Virus record (IMG/VR): IMGVR_UViG_3300016744_000001
Length of the DNA: 64,000 bases
Strand: one strand, 5' to 3'
DNA from: a virus
Lineage: Duplodnaviria > Caudoviricetes
Shown here: piece by piece, positions 29,360 through 37,736 of the stretch
How the letters are laid out: every line of letters begins with the position of its first letter
Numbering within the stretch: position 1 is the first letter of the stretch
Notes under the pieces: generated by a model
Database searches by the model: none
Told to the model about the DNA's origin: nothing
What the model saw: the letters and a program-made list of their open reading frames with translations, nothing else
Position numbers and translations under genes: made by a program

Positions 29360-29444
29360 CCCTTCTTGACACATCCATCTGGTGGCTCAAATGCCACCAG
29401 ATGTGATCGTTGTATGCTTAGTGAACTCTACCCGAGGGCTTTCC

Positions 29445-30713
29445 ATGAACTACTACAAATCACGTTTTGATGGACTTCCGTATTTTCAGCCAGAAATCAC
29501 AGTGAAGCACATCGAACGCATTCTTGCTTGCTGTACGTATTTTGAAACAAAAGATCAGCATGCCAGCGCACTGAACTCACCATTGCTTGGTGTTGTACCA
29601 ATCTACTTTACGTCAATTGATGTTGCCATGCTGTATGATGTTTTTCAAGTCAATGAGGATGACATCACTAAGATTGTTCAGGAGAGTGAGTTCACTGATC
29701 CTAACTGGGTTGTGACCAACGATCCTTATAACAACGTTGTCATCTATCTCGTTCACCGAATCATGGCTACCTCACTTGATGGTGACATCAAGAAACAAGG
29801 GGCGATGGCTCTGTTGAAACTGCTCCATTACAAATATTTCACTTCATTGGTATTCAACTCGTACAAGTTTGGTGCTGATGAAGAAACCATGTCTTGGGTA
29901 ATCAACACTCTCTCTAAGAAGTATGACCTCACCAAGTACGAAACATGGAAAGCCGTTATTGAAGCCAGATGTGAAGATATCTTGACACCGGGATCACTTC
30001 ACTACGATACCCTGCTGAAGTTCACAGATGACGTAGCGATCATCTACGTCATCTCAGACACTCAATCCAACCTTCGTCAGAAGATCGTCCGGATCAACTG
30101 TCTCTACTACGAAGCAAAGGCTCAGAAAGAGTCCATTGGTAGTTACAGTTCTTTGGATAACATCGACGGTCAGAAGATCATTGCCTCAACCACAGAAATG
30201 TTTGACGTGATGATCTCAGGGATGAGTCTTCAAGCTCAATCCCCAGCAAGGCTTCTTGACTTTGAGTTGCTTGAAGTCATCGCTTCCAAGTACAAGGAAG
30301 TGTCAGCTGAAACGCTTCGGTTAACCTTGACCAAATTCTGTGAGCTGACGGTCGAGCAGGCATCATCACAGAACTACAAGCGCAATATCTATCTCCAGAA
30401 CAAAGAGACTGGGGAAAAAGACTTGGTGTATGTATCAACGCAAAAACTACTCTCTGAGTTCTTGCAGAAGTCATATCGCTATTGCATCATGAGCAAAGAT
30501 GTCAACATGTCTTCGAAGAAATCTATCCTGATCAAGGTGATCAATACGTACACCTCATCTCGTGTGATTGATCCTGACATTTTGACAATCAAACGTTCCT
30601 TCATGTACTTTGTCCTCAACTGTGAGATCAGTCGTCGACCAGCCACCAACGCAGCATTGTCAGTGTGCTTGGTTATCTACTTCTTGATCAGATCTTTTGA
30701 TTACGTGCAGTAG
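29445..30713 (+). CDS. Conserved jumbo-phage hypothetical protein
   Basis: GAGGG RBS before ATG 29445; helical 422-aa ORF. Confidence 0.65.
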   Translation: MNYYKSRFDGLPYFQPEITVKHIERILACCTYFETKDQHASALNSPLLGVVPIYFTSIDVAMLYDVFQVNEDDITKIVQESEFTDPNWVVTNDPYNNVVIYLVHRIMATSLDGDIKKQGAMALLKLLHYKYFTSLVFNSYKFGADEETMSWVINTLSKKYDLTKYETWKAVIEARCEDILTPGSLHYDTLLKFTDDVAIIYVISDTQSNLRQKIVRINCLYYEAKAQKESIGSYSSLDNIDGQKIIASTTEMFDVMISGMSLQAQSPARLLDFELLEVIASKYKEVSAETLRLTLTKFCELTVEQASSQNYKRNIYLQNKETGEKDLVYVSTQKLLSEFLQKSYRYCIMSKDVNMSSKKSILIKVINTYTSSRVIDPDILTIKRSFMYFVLNCEISRRPATNAALSVCLVIYFLIRSFDYVQ

Positions 30714-30722
30714 AGGACAACT

Positions 30723-31124
30723 ATGTACACATTCAAAATCCCACATGACTTTAGCAATCCGACATTACTCATGCGTCCCGGTGAGGTACATTACCACACG
30801 ATCAACCTTGGTCAATGTGGTTACACTGGACCCGGGAAGTACTCGATCCATGCAGTTGCTAGCAATGATGTTAAGGTCGAAGTATTTGTCAGTGACATCT
30901 CTCTTTCAGAAATGGAATTGGGATGGAATAACTGCGAAAGCATCCAACAATTTGTAGTGAACGGTGGCAACAACCATTTCCAACAAGGGGAATTCGTTGA
31001 TGTCGCTGCACTACTGATGTTCAAACTCACGGCGTCTTCTCTTGCTCCAGATGTTGTTGCAGTCAGTCTGAGCTTGTGCTTCAAAGATTTGCCTCGAAAA
31101 AAGCAACCAAAACTGACCCCATAA
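30723..31124 (+). CDS. Hypothetical protein
   Basis: GAGGA RBS; 133 aa. Confidence 0.7.
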   Translation: MYTFKIPHDFSNPTLLMRPGEVHYHTINLGQCGYTGPGKYSIHAVASNDVKVEVFVSDISLSEMELGWNNCESIQQFVVNGGNNHFQQGEFVDVAALLMFKLTASSLAPDVVAVSLSLCFKDLPRKKQPKLTP

Positions 31125-31126
31125 TC

Positions 31127-31158
31127 GAGATACCTGCAGGGCGACCTGCAGGTATCTC
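31127..31158. terminator. Hairpin between convergent genes
   Basis: GAGATACCTGCAGG-GCGA-CCTGCAGGTATCTC. Confidence 0.7.
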
Positions 31159-31164
31159 AGATCT

Positions 31165-31773
31165 TTACTTAAAGACGGTTGATGCTGCACCCAATGCCCC
31201 ACCAATCGCACCACCACCAAGAGGGGAGCAAGATTGATTCAGTGGAGTACTGTTGTAGATCATGTTGTTCTTCGACAAAGAGTCCATGTTACTACCGAAG
31301 TAGTAGTCATAGACGTTTTTCAGCAAAGCGACACTACCAGTGTTACAAGCACCAAGCAGATAACTACCATCACTGGAGACTTTGATCTGAAGGAAGATCA
31401 AAACAAAGCAACCAATGATGTTAAGCAAAAAGAACAAGAGCGCACCCAGCGCAAGCATCTCAGGAACTCGGCTGTTACCAATACGAGCTTCCCGATCACG
31501 AGCAGACTTGCGATCGTCAACCACAAGAGCGGCAAGATCGATCCCTTTCTGAGCCATCTCTTCTTGGAATCGATTGTTTTCTTGTTTGATCGCCAACACC
31601 TGATCAGGTGTCAGGTTTTGAAAAGCTGCGGCAACTTGTTGTTCTGTAACTTCCGACCCAAGACCAAGTGCTCCACCAAGAGCAGCCACAGCGGCACCTG
31701 CAAGTGGACCACCAAGGGCGGTAGCAATCGTTGGAGCAAGTGTCCCAACGACTGACTTCCAGTTAAAATCCAT
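31165..31773 (-). CDS. Putative holin (3TM-type)
   Basis: LAPTIATALGGPLAGAA N-terminus, DRKSARDRE, TM helices, YYFGS motif; directly downstream of the endolysin. Confidence 0.7.
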   Translation of the reverse strand: MDFNWKSVVGTLAPTIATALGGPLAGAAVAALGGALGLGSEVTEQQVAAAFQNLTPDQVLAIKQENNRFQEEMAQKGIDLAALVVDDRKSARDREARIGNSRVPEMLALGALLFFLLNIIGCFVLIFLQIKVSSDGSYLLGACNTGSVALLKNVYDYYFGSNMDSLSKNNMIYNSTPLNQSCSPLGGGAIGGALGAASTVFK

Positions 31774-32428
31774 AACCCCTCCGAATGTTTTCTTCCGTAG
31801 CCGCAGTGATGCCACTCACATGGATCTCATTGATCAACGCACGGCAAGCGTTTACTCGTGCCGTCCAGCCAGCAATGAATGTTCCATAGACCGATGATTT
31901 TCCTGTAGCCAATGATGTATAAAATTCCTGACGTTTGGTCTGGAACTTATTAGCCAGTTCAAAGTCACGGCCTTGGTCGTTGAGCATCTTGCATGCCGCT
32001 TGAGTCTTTGGACCAAAGTTAGCTGTGTAGCCATTGATTGTGCCTGTGCACAGTTCATCAATAGCTTTCTGCAGTTCTATTGTTGCCCGACCTGATCCAC
32101 TGGTGACCGAGAAATCGTAGTACACGATGGATGTCAGAGGTGGCGCCAGTTCTGCTTTCCCTTGTTCCCAAAACGTTCTACGGAACAAACGTTTTGCAGT
32201 GTCAAAGTCAACCAGCTTGATATCCTCAATGTCGACCTTGCCGTCCTTGTTCAGATCGGCGACATCAATATCAAGATCTTTCAGGTATGCCAGAGACACA
32301 CCATTCCGGGTTGGCCCACCAGGGTCTTTTGGGTTGTTGGTCATGCCACCAAAATCACGTTCCCAATAACGAACGTGAACATGGGCAATGTTATACATTT
32401 CCTCGTTCGACAGTGCGTTTACTCCCAT
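31763..32428 (-). CDS. Endolysin, glycoside hydrolase family 108 with PG-binding domain
   Basis: E..GGMTNNPKDPGGPTRNGV, YDFSVTSG, LQKAI, FGPKT, FIAGWTARV. Confidence 0.88.
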   Translation of the reverse strand: MGVNALSNEEMYNIAHVHVRYWERDFGGMTNNPKDPGGPTRNGVSLAYLKDLDIDVADLNKDGKVDIEDIKLVDFDTAKRLFRRTFWEQGKAELAPPLTSIVYYDFSVTSGSGRATIELQKAIDELCTGTINGYTANFGPKTQAACKMLNDQGRDFELANKFQTKRQEFYTSLATGKSSVYGTFIAGWTARVNACRALINEIHVSGITAATEENIRRGYGF

Positions 32429-32529
32429 GATGGTACTCTCCTCTTGGGAAAATTAAAAGAATATCACAGAATGATCTAATTTCAAATCTTGGCTTAGTGT
32501 TATGAATCTAATCTTCCAAGGAGTTCTTT

Positions 32530-32826
32530 ATGCTTAAACCCCGAGACGCCACCATCACATCCGCTGAAAGTGGTAAACTGGCCTTTGAAGTTTCTGAGTT
32601 CACGGTCCAAGTGGAGACCAGTAACTTCACACAACAGGCAGACGTTCTTAATTTCTTTTTGAATGCCAGCCTGACCAGCTCCCGGATGGTCATCATCCCA
32701 CAATCCAGCAAACCTTGGGTTTGTGTCAATGTTCAACTGTGCCACCCTGATGATGGCTTGAAAATCCGCGCTGTCATCAACGAGATCAAAAGCAAAACCA
32801 AACACCAGGTCCGGATCATTCTGTAA
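32530..32826 (+). CDS. Hypothetical protein
   Basis: AAGGAG RBS; followed by a hairpin at 32832-32862. Confidence 0.65.
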   Translation: MLKPRDATITSAESGKLAFEVSEFTVQVETSNFTQQADVLNFFLNASLTSSRMVIIPQSSKPWVCVNVQLCHPDDGLKIRAVINEIKSKTKHQVRIIL

Positions 32827-32864
32827 TCCAGTAGCTAGGCTCAGCATTGCTGAGCCTAGCTATT

Positions 32865-33698
32865 TTACAGGGCTAACAGTAAACGATCACGCATCGTGTT
32901 GACATCAAGTTGTTCTGCGCTACCATGGAATTCCTTCCTGATAACGTCATAACGATCACCGGCGTCAGCGTACGTGTCAATAATTTCTTTCACTCGACCA
33001 ACTTCTTGACCACTGTGAATGTAACCCATGTCCAGTTTAATTGTCAACCGATTGTAGATCCATGCTTTCGCTGCGGTCACAATAAGCTCACTCAACTGAA
33101 CAACCGCATCTGGAGTGAGGTTGGTAAAATCTTTGTCATACTCCAGTCGGCAATCAAGTATCCACGAGAATGACGTGATCATTGCCATTTCCGCTGGTGT
33201 GATCTTGATCTGATTACCAGCCATCAGAATCGGAGTGGGCATGATCGGTGCATCATTGAAAGTCACACCGTTCATGGCGGCGTTCGCAAATGAACCAGCG
33301 GTCACACCACGAGTCATCCCACCCATCATCCCAGAAGCCATCATTGCCAATGAGTTGGTTGCCCCATAAGGCATTGACATTGACAAGACTTGAGTGATCG
33401 AACGATACTCTCGTGCTTCAGGGGGAATCTTGTAGATCGCAAATGGGATCAGTGGGATCATGTTCGCATCAGAGGTTTGCATCCTTGACATGCGTGCCCA
33501 CTGTGGAAGCATAACAATCTTTTTATACTGTCCGCAGATTGCAGACACATCAGGACGGACACGTCCTTCAATGATCTCTTCAGTAATAGCTTCATCAAGC
33601 GAGCGGCGTTTCCCCTTTTGATCAAAGGCGAGTTCAAGGATCTCTTGAGGAATCTTAATGTATACACTACGCAGGGCTTGTTCAACAGCGTTTACCAT
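32865..33698 (-). CDS. Putative phiKZ-type virion structural protein
   Basis: MVNAVEQAL..V...IPQEIL N-terminus and GQEVGRVKEIIDTYADA...Y C-terminus recall a conserved phiKZ-family virion protein. Confidence 0.6.
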   Translation of the reverse strand: MVNAVEQALRSVYIKIPQEILELAFDQKGKRRSLDEAITEEIIEGRVRPDVSAICGQYKKIVMLPQWARMSRMQTSDANMIPLIPFAIYKIPPEAREYRSITQVLSMSMPYGATNSLAMMASGMMGGMTRGVTAGSFANAAMNGVTFNDAPIMPTPILMAGNQIKITPAEMAMITSFSWILDCRLEYDKDFTNLTPDAVVQLSELIVTAAKAWIYNRLTIKLDMGYIHSGQEVGRVKEIIDTYADAGDRYDVIRKEFHGSAEQLDVNTMRDRLLLAL

Positions 33699-33778
33699 GA
33701 TAGCTCCTTGATGGTTAATGTCATCTTATTTTAAGTTACGGTGGTGGATAATTGAATACACTACACTTGGAGGTATTT

Positions 33779-34378
33779 ATGGTTATTGAATTCGTTCAGC
33801 GTGCTGATTCTGTTAACGGAAAACGTGGCGACCGTTGGCTTGGTGGGTGGTTTGGTGACAACAATTTCTTGAATCGGACCGGCATCCTGTGTGAACTGCA
33901 GGCTAGCGCCATGGAAAACGGCCAGAAGTTTGAAATTGAAGACCTTGATCAGACAGTGGATTTCCGTGGTTGGGTCCTGATCAGTTTGGTCAGAAAAGAA
34001 ATCATGGTCATCCGTGAAGCTCCTGGTCTCAACCGTTCGCTACTTGCATTTGTTGTTCCCACCAGCATCAGCACACTGGGGTTGTATGAAAATGCGAATA
34101 GCTATGATGACAACGTCGTAGCATTCTACACCCCCACTGGCAATATCACCCAGGATACCATGGTGTTCAATATGCTGGTGCCTAACGCCAAGATCCGACG
34201 GATTACCCAGACAAGTAACGTGCTTGTTTACCAAGGTGGCCGGGAAATCTTGACCCCTGGCAAGTCCTACAAGATTGCCTGGGATATGGTTGGTCCGCTT
34301 GTTGAAGAAATCAGTCACACTGACAAGCTCACTGAGCTGGTCAACCTGGTTGAACTGATGCGTGAACCCAAACCGTAA
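33779..34378 (+). CDS. Hypothetical protein
   Basis: GGAGG RBS before ATG 33779; hairpin at 34380-34412 follows. Confidence 0.7.
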   Translation: MVIEFVQRADSVNGKRGDRWLGGWFGDNNFLNRTGILCELQASAMENGQKFEIEDLDQTVDFRGWVLISLVRKEIMVIREAPGLNRSLLAFVVPTSISTLGLYENANSYDDNVVAFYTPTGNITQDTMVFNMLVPNAKIRRITQTSNVLVYQGGREILTPGKSYKIAWDMVGPLVEEISHTDKLTELVNLVELMREPKP

Positions 34379-34429
34379 CGATAGCATGGCCAGCAATGCT
34401 GGCCATGCTATCCAATGGAAAGTCCTATC

Positions 34430-34437
34430 TATATTAC
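34430..34437 (+). promoter_or_regulatory. Early promoter motif TATATTAC
   Basis: Exact motif upstream of 34478. Confidence 0.7.
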
Positions 34438-34477
34438 TTAGTAGAATAAACAATTCAATTTACATAGGAGGAATCGA

Positions 34478-34693
34478 ATGTTTGACAGGATTGAGCTCTC
34501 TCGTCATCAGTACCACCTCTTTGAAAAGAAATGGTTGAATGGTGACTACCTTGAACTGCGGTATGGTCAAGCATTTTATCAGTTCTTCAAACTTGAAAAA
34601 TGTACTGACCCCGAAGGCAAACTCAACAAACTGTACAATGCTGATCTCAGTGAATCCAGATCACTGATTAGCCAACTTTTCGTGTTCAGTTAA
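34478..34693 (+). CDS. Small phage protein (RYGQAF motif)
   Basis: AGGAGG RBS; LRYGQAFYQFF. Confidence 0.7.
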   Translation: MFDRIELSRHQYHLFEKKWLNGDYLELRYGQAFYQFFKLEKCTDPEGKLNKLYNADLSESRSLISQLFVFS

Positions 34694-35004
34694 AAAAAGT
34701 CCATCACAGTTTACTCAAATTTCCAGCATTAACGCTGGAAGCAAAAGGTCCACACATGGAATGGTTAGATTGTATTCTGGTGGTATTGTCGGCTCAGAAT
34801 CATCAACACTCCAACAAGTTTCTCTTGGTAACAAACACAATCCTCAACCGTACTCAACCCAACAAAAACTAACCCGGTCTCTTATTTATAAGGTGGGGGT
34901 AGCTCCCCCACCATCTTTGTTTGAACATATTTTTTTCTTGTAAAGTTCTAAGTTGACAATAAAGATATGTTCAACCTACAACCTTTTATCCTCAGAGATT
35001 TACA

Positions 35005-35328
35005 ATGAGTAACGACCCAAACCGAATCGACAATGTGAATAAGGCGATTCAAAACTACGTGAACTATCTGAAAGACAACTCGCAAAATAGCGATGAAGCC
35101 ATCAAGATTCGATTGAATGGTGCACGCGGATCTTCCGTTTCTTACTCTGGTCCTGATGGCTCGTTCACGGTCAAGGTTGACGCCGCTGGCAATGAAGCGA
35201 GTGCTAATGTACATTTCACTACTGGCAACTTCAAAGCGACAGTCACTGAAGACACCTGTACCGCTAAAGGGGTGTCACCAGTCTTTCACCGGCATTGGGG
35301 TAAGTTCCATGACGCATTCAATTCTTGA
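35005..35328 (+). CDS. Hypothetical protein
   Basis: 107-aa ORF overlapping the next gene. Confidence 0.6.
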   Translation: MSNDPNRIDNVNKAIQNYVNYLKDNSQNSDEAIKIRLNGARGSSVSYSGPDGSFTVKVDAAGNEASANVHFTTGNFKATVTEDTCTAKGVSPVFHRHWGKFHDAFNS

Positions 35329-35824
35329 TATCCATGGAACTGTGGTAGATCATTCTGGTCATCTCAACGGAGAACTCAGTTCAGTTGAGTATCTTTATCA
35401 GCACTGGGATCATCAATTCCCAGTTGACCCCCTAAGGATACTTTTCTTCCTTGGTGGCAAGCTAAAACAAATTGATCGGAGCAATAAAGATGCGTATTAC
35501 CTGGGCGCTGGCTCAACGATCTTTGTCTCTGAACCAATCATTTCTGGTTATCCTGCTTGGGAATCAAGACTGGTTATTGCTCGAGAGCTTCAGTTCTTTG
35601 TTCGTCGGATCAACTCATTGCAACTAAACCGTCAGTCAGAAGAATTTCTGAATATGACCAAGATGGCAATGAAGACCATGCTCCCATTAAAGGACTTGGC
35701 AAAAGATCTGATCGGGCAACCAACGATTGAATCTCTCAGTGTTAAATATGATTGCCCCATTTCAGTATTGCGTGACTACATTGATAAGTACGTGTCCAAA
35801 GGACGATTGCCAAAAGGTATCTAA
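35309..35824 (+). CDS. ImmA/IrrE (DUF955)-like protein lacking the HExxH motif
   Basis: FPVDP..I, IFV, RLVIAREL (vs RFTLAHELGH), A...MLP, IESLSVKYDCP. Confidence 0.5.
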   Translation: MTHSILDIHGTVVDHSGHLNGELSSVEYLYQHWDHQFPVDPLRILFFLGGKLKQIDRSNKDAYYLGAGSTIFVSEPIISGYPAWESRLVIARELQFFVRRINSLQLNRQSEEFLNMTKMAMKTMLPLKDLAKDLIGQPTIESLSVKYDCPISVLRDYIDKYVSKGRLPKGI

Positions 35825-35904
35825 TTGTCGCATATCTCACGGGTAATTCCGTGAGATATGTTGTGATACGAACTTCATTATCTTTCAAATATAAGGAGCT
35901 GAAA

Positions 35905-36981
35905 ATGCCTCTTTGTTTATCAGGAGCAGACCCAACATTCTACAAAACAAAGGCATTGAATACGGATCTGATCCAAAACTATCAGATAAAGTACGCGTTT
36001 CCACAAACGTCACCAAACTTTATCAGTGATGGTACCCCTCTCAATGACAGCTTTTCATCGGTTCTTGATGGTGCACCTGTGGTCAGAACGTACAACGACT
36101 TTGTAGTTAACGCTGGTCACACGGTGACTACGTCAAACCGCTGCAAAGGTCTGTACCTCAACATCTTGGGTAACTTGGTTGTCAACGGCAAACTGTCCAT
36201 GACTGCCCGTGGTGCCAGCTGTCCTGGTCAACATGTGATCATCGATAAAGATTATCGACTGATCTACTACACATCTGCCCTTGAGAGTGGTTTCGACTAT
36301 TCTCAGTTTACGTTGATCAATAAAGATGGTGGACTCGGTGCAGCACCGTACATTGCGAACCCGAATCCAATCATTGATTCAAGGGGAGCCTGTGGCGCAG
36401 GTGGAGGTACCGGTGGTAAAGAAGGAACTACGGCCTTCCTCACGACCAGAGGTGGTAATGGTACTTCTTTCTCTGGTGGCGCTGGCGCCGGTGGTGGTTG
36501 CCTGTGGCATGTTGACGGCAGTTCAATCATTACTTACGGGTGCGGCTCAGTTGGTTCTGACAACGGCGGTGCCGGTGGCGCTGGTGCGTATTCTGGCTAT
36601 GCCACTCCTTCAGTTGGTGGTGGCGGCGGTGCCGGTAACCCAGGAGGTATTTGCAAACAAACCTCCCGCAATGGTTCGTCTGGCGCAGGTGGTCTGATGA
36701 TCATCTTCGTCCATGGCAACATCATTATTGGTCCTTACGGCTCAATTGAAGCCAACGGCTCAAAGGGTGGTGCTGGTCTTGTTGGTGTCCCCGGAGTGAG
36801 TCATCCAAGCTACCCGGGTGGTGGTTCAGGTGGTGGTGCCATCTACTTGTTCAACCGTGGCAGTATCAATGATCAAAGCCGTATCACGGTCACTGGTGGT
36901 GAGTATGGTGAAAAGATCCTTGACTCAACCAAGCTTTGCTGCGCTGGCAGCAATGGTACCCTGAAGATCCTTCCATTTTAA
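35905..36981 (+). CDS. Glycine-rich tail/fibre-associated protein
   Basis: GGAGAGGG, GGGAGNPGG, GAGGLMIIFVHG, GGGSGGGAI repeats typical of phage tail Gly-rich domains; AAGGAG RBS. Confidence 0.7.
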   Translation: MPLCLSGADPTFYKTKALNTDLIQNYQIKYAFPQTSPNFISDGTPLNDSFSSVLDGAPVVRTYNDFVVNAGHTVTTSNRCKGLYLNILGNLVVNGKLSMTARGASCPGQHVIIDKDYRLIYYTSALESGFDYSQFTLINKDGGLGAAPYIANPNPIIDSRGACGAGGGTGGKEGTTAFLTTRGGNGTSFSGGAGAGGGCLWHVDGSSIITYGCGSVGSDNGGAGGAGAYSGYATPSVGGGGGAGNPGGICKQTSRNGSSGAGGLMIIFVHGNIIIGPYGSIEANGSKGGAGLVGVPGVSHPSYPGGGSGGGAIYLFNRGSINDQSRITVTGGEYGEKILDSTKLCCAGSNGTLKILPF

Positions 36982-37013
36982 TTGGATCTTAAACGACAAA
37001 AGGTAAGTAAGCA

Positions 37014-37700
37014 ATGTTAGTTTTTCAGGGATGTGAAGCAACTGACTTAGCCAATATGCAATACCCGGATCATTTTCATTGGTATCCGGAACTATTTGCA
37101 AACTGCGGCACGACCCCAGCCAAAATAGCAGCAGTTGTCAACAATTCACTTTACGGTAGTGTTGGAATAAACAACATTGCTGCTGCTCAGGTGAACACGA
37201 ATGATGCTGTGAATGGGTTGGACATTCGATATGGTGTCACCGCAAAATCTCCAATTGACCTGTTTTACCCATCGGCAACCTTGGCAAATCTCGCAATGCT
37301 CCGATTTGGACCAATTCCGAAACCAAAGACGATCTCAGTTGATCTGAAAGCGATCTTTGGCACCCAGTTACGGGAATGCTTTATGGTGCTGGCAATTTGT
37401 GGATCAGTTGTTTATTCACTGTTCAACCTGTACCAAGGTACAATTGACGCCAACTACGGGTATGGCCGAAACGGTGTGTGGACAAATAACGCAACAACCA
37501 GACTAAAAACACTTACAGCAACAACCACGTACACTGGCACCCTACAGATCTCTGCAATGCCCAAATGTTTCACTCTTGGTGAGACGTCTTGTGACATTGC
37601 GATTGTTCGTTTACAACAAGCGTATTGGGAAGGAACTGGAGCTGGCATGAGAAATGCTTCCACCTTATACCTCAAGAATCTCGAAATCACCACAAAGTAA
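37014..37700 (+). CDS. Hypothetical protein; paralogue of 2067..2726
   Basis: Shared N-terminal VFxGxxATxLxxxQYP motif. Confidence 0.6.
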   Translation: MLVFQGCEATDLANMQYPDHFHWYPELFANCGTTPAKIAAVVNNSLYGSVGINNIAAAQVNTNDAVNGLDIRYGVTAKSPIDLFYPSATLANLAMLRFGPIPKPKTISVDLKAIFGTQLRECFMVLAICGSVVYSLFNLYQGTIDANYGYGRNGVWTNNATTRLKTLTATTTYTGTLQISAMPKCFTLGETSCDIAIVRLQQAYWEGTGAGMRNASTLYLKNLEITTK

Positions 37701-37703
37701 TCC

Positions 37704-37733
37704 GTGTCTCCACCGGGACCCCGGTGGAGACAC
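37704..37733. terminator. Hairpin between convergent genes
   Basis: GTGTCTCCACCGGG / CCCGGTGGAGACAC. Confidence 0.7.
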
Positions 37734-37736
37734 TTT

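Noticed and set aside
34694-35004. 300-bp gap with small hairpins and a TTGACA hexamer (34953)
   Set aside because: No tRNA cloverleaf seen; the -10 element is poor; short ORFs lack RBSs. Not enough support for a call.
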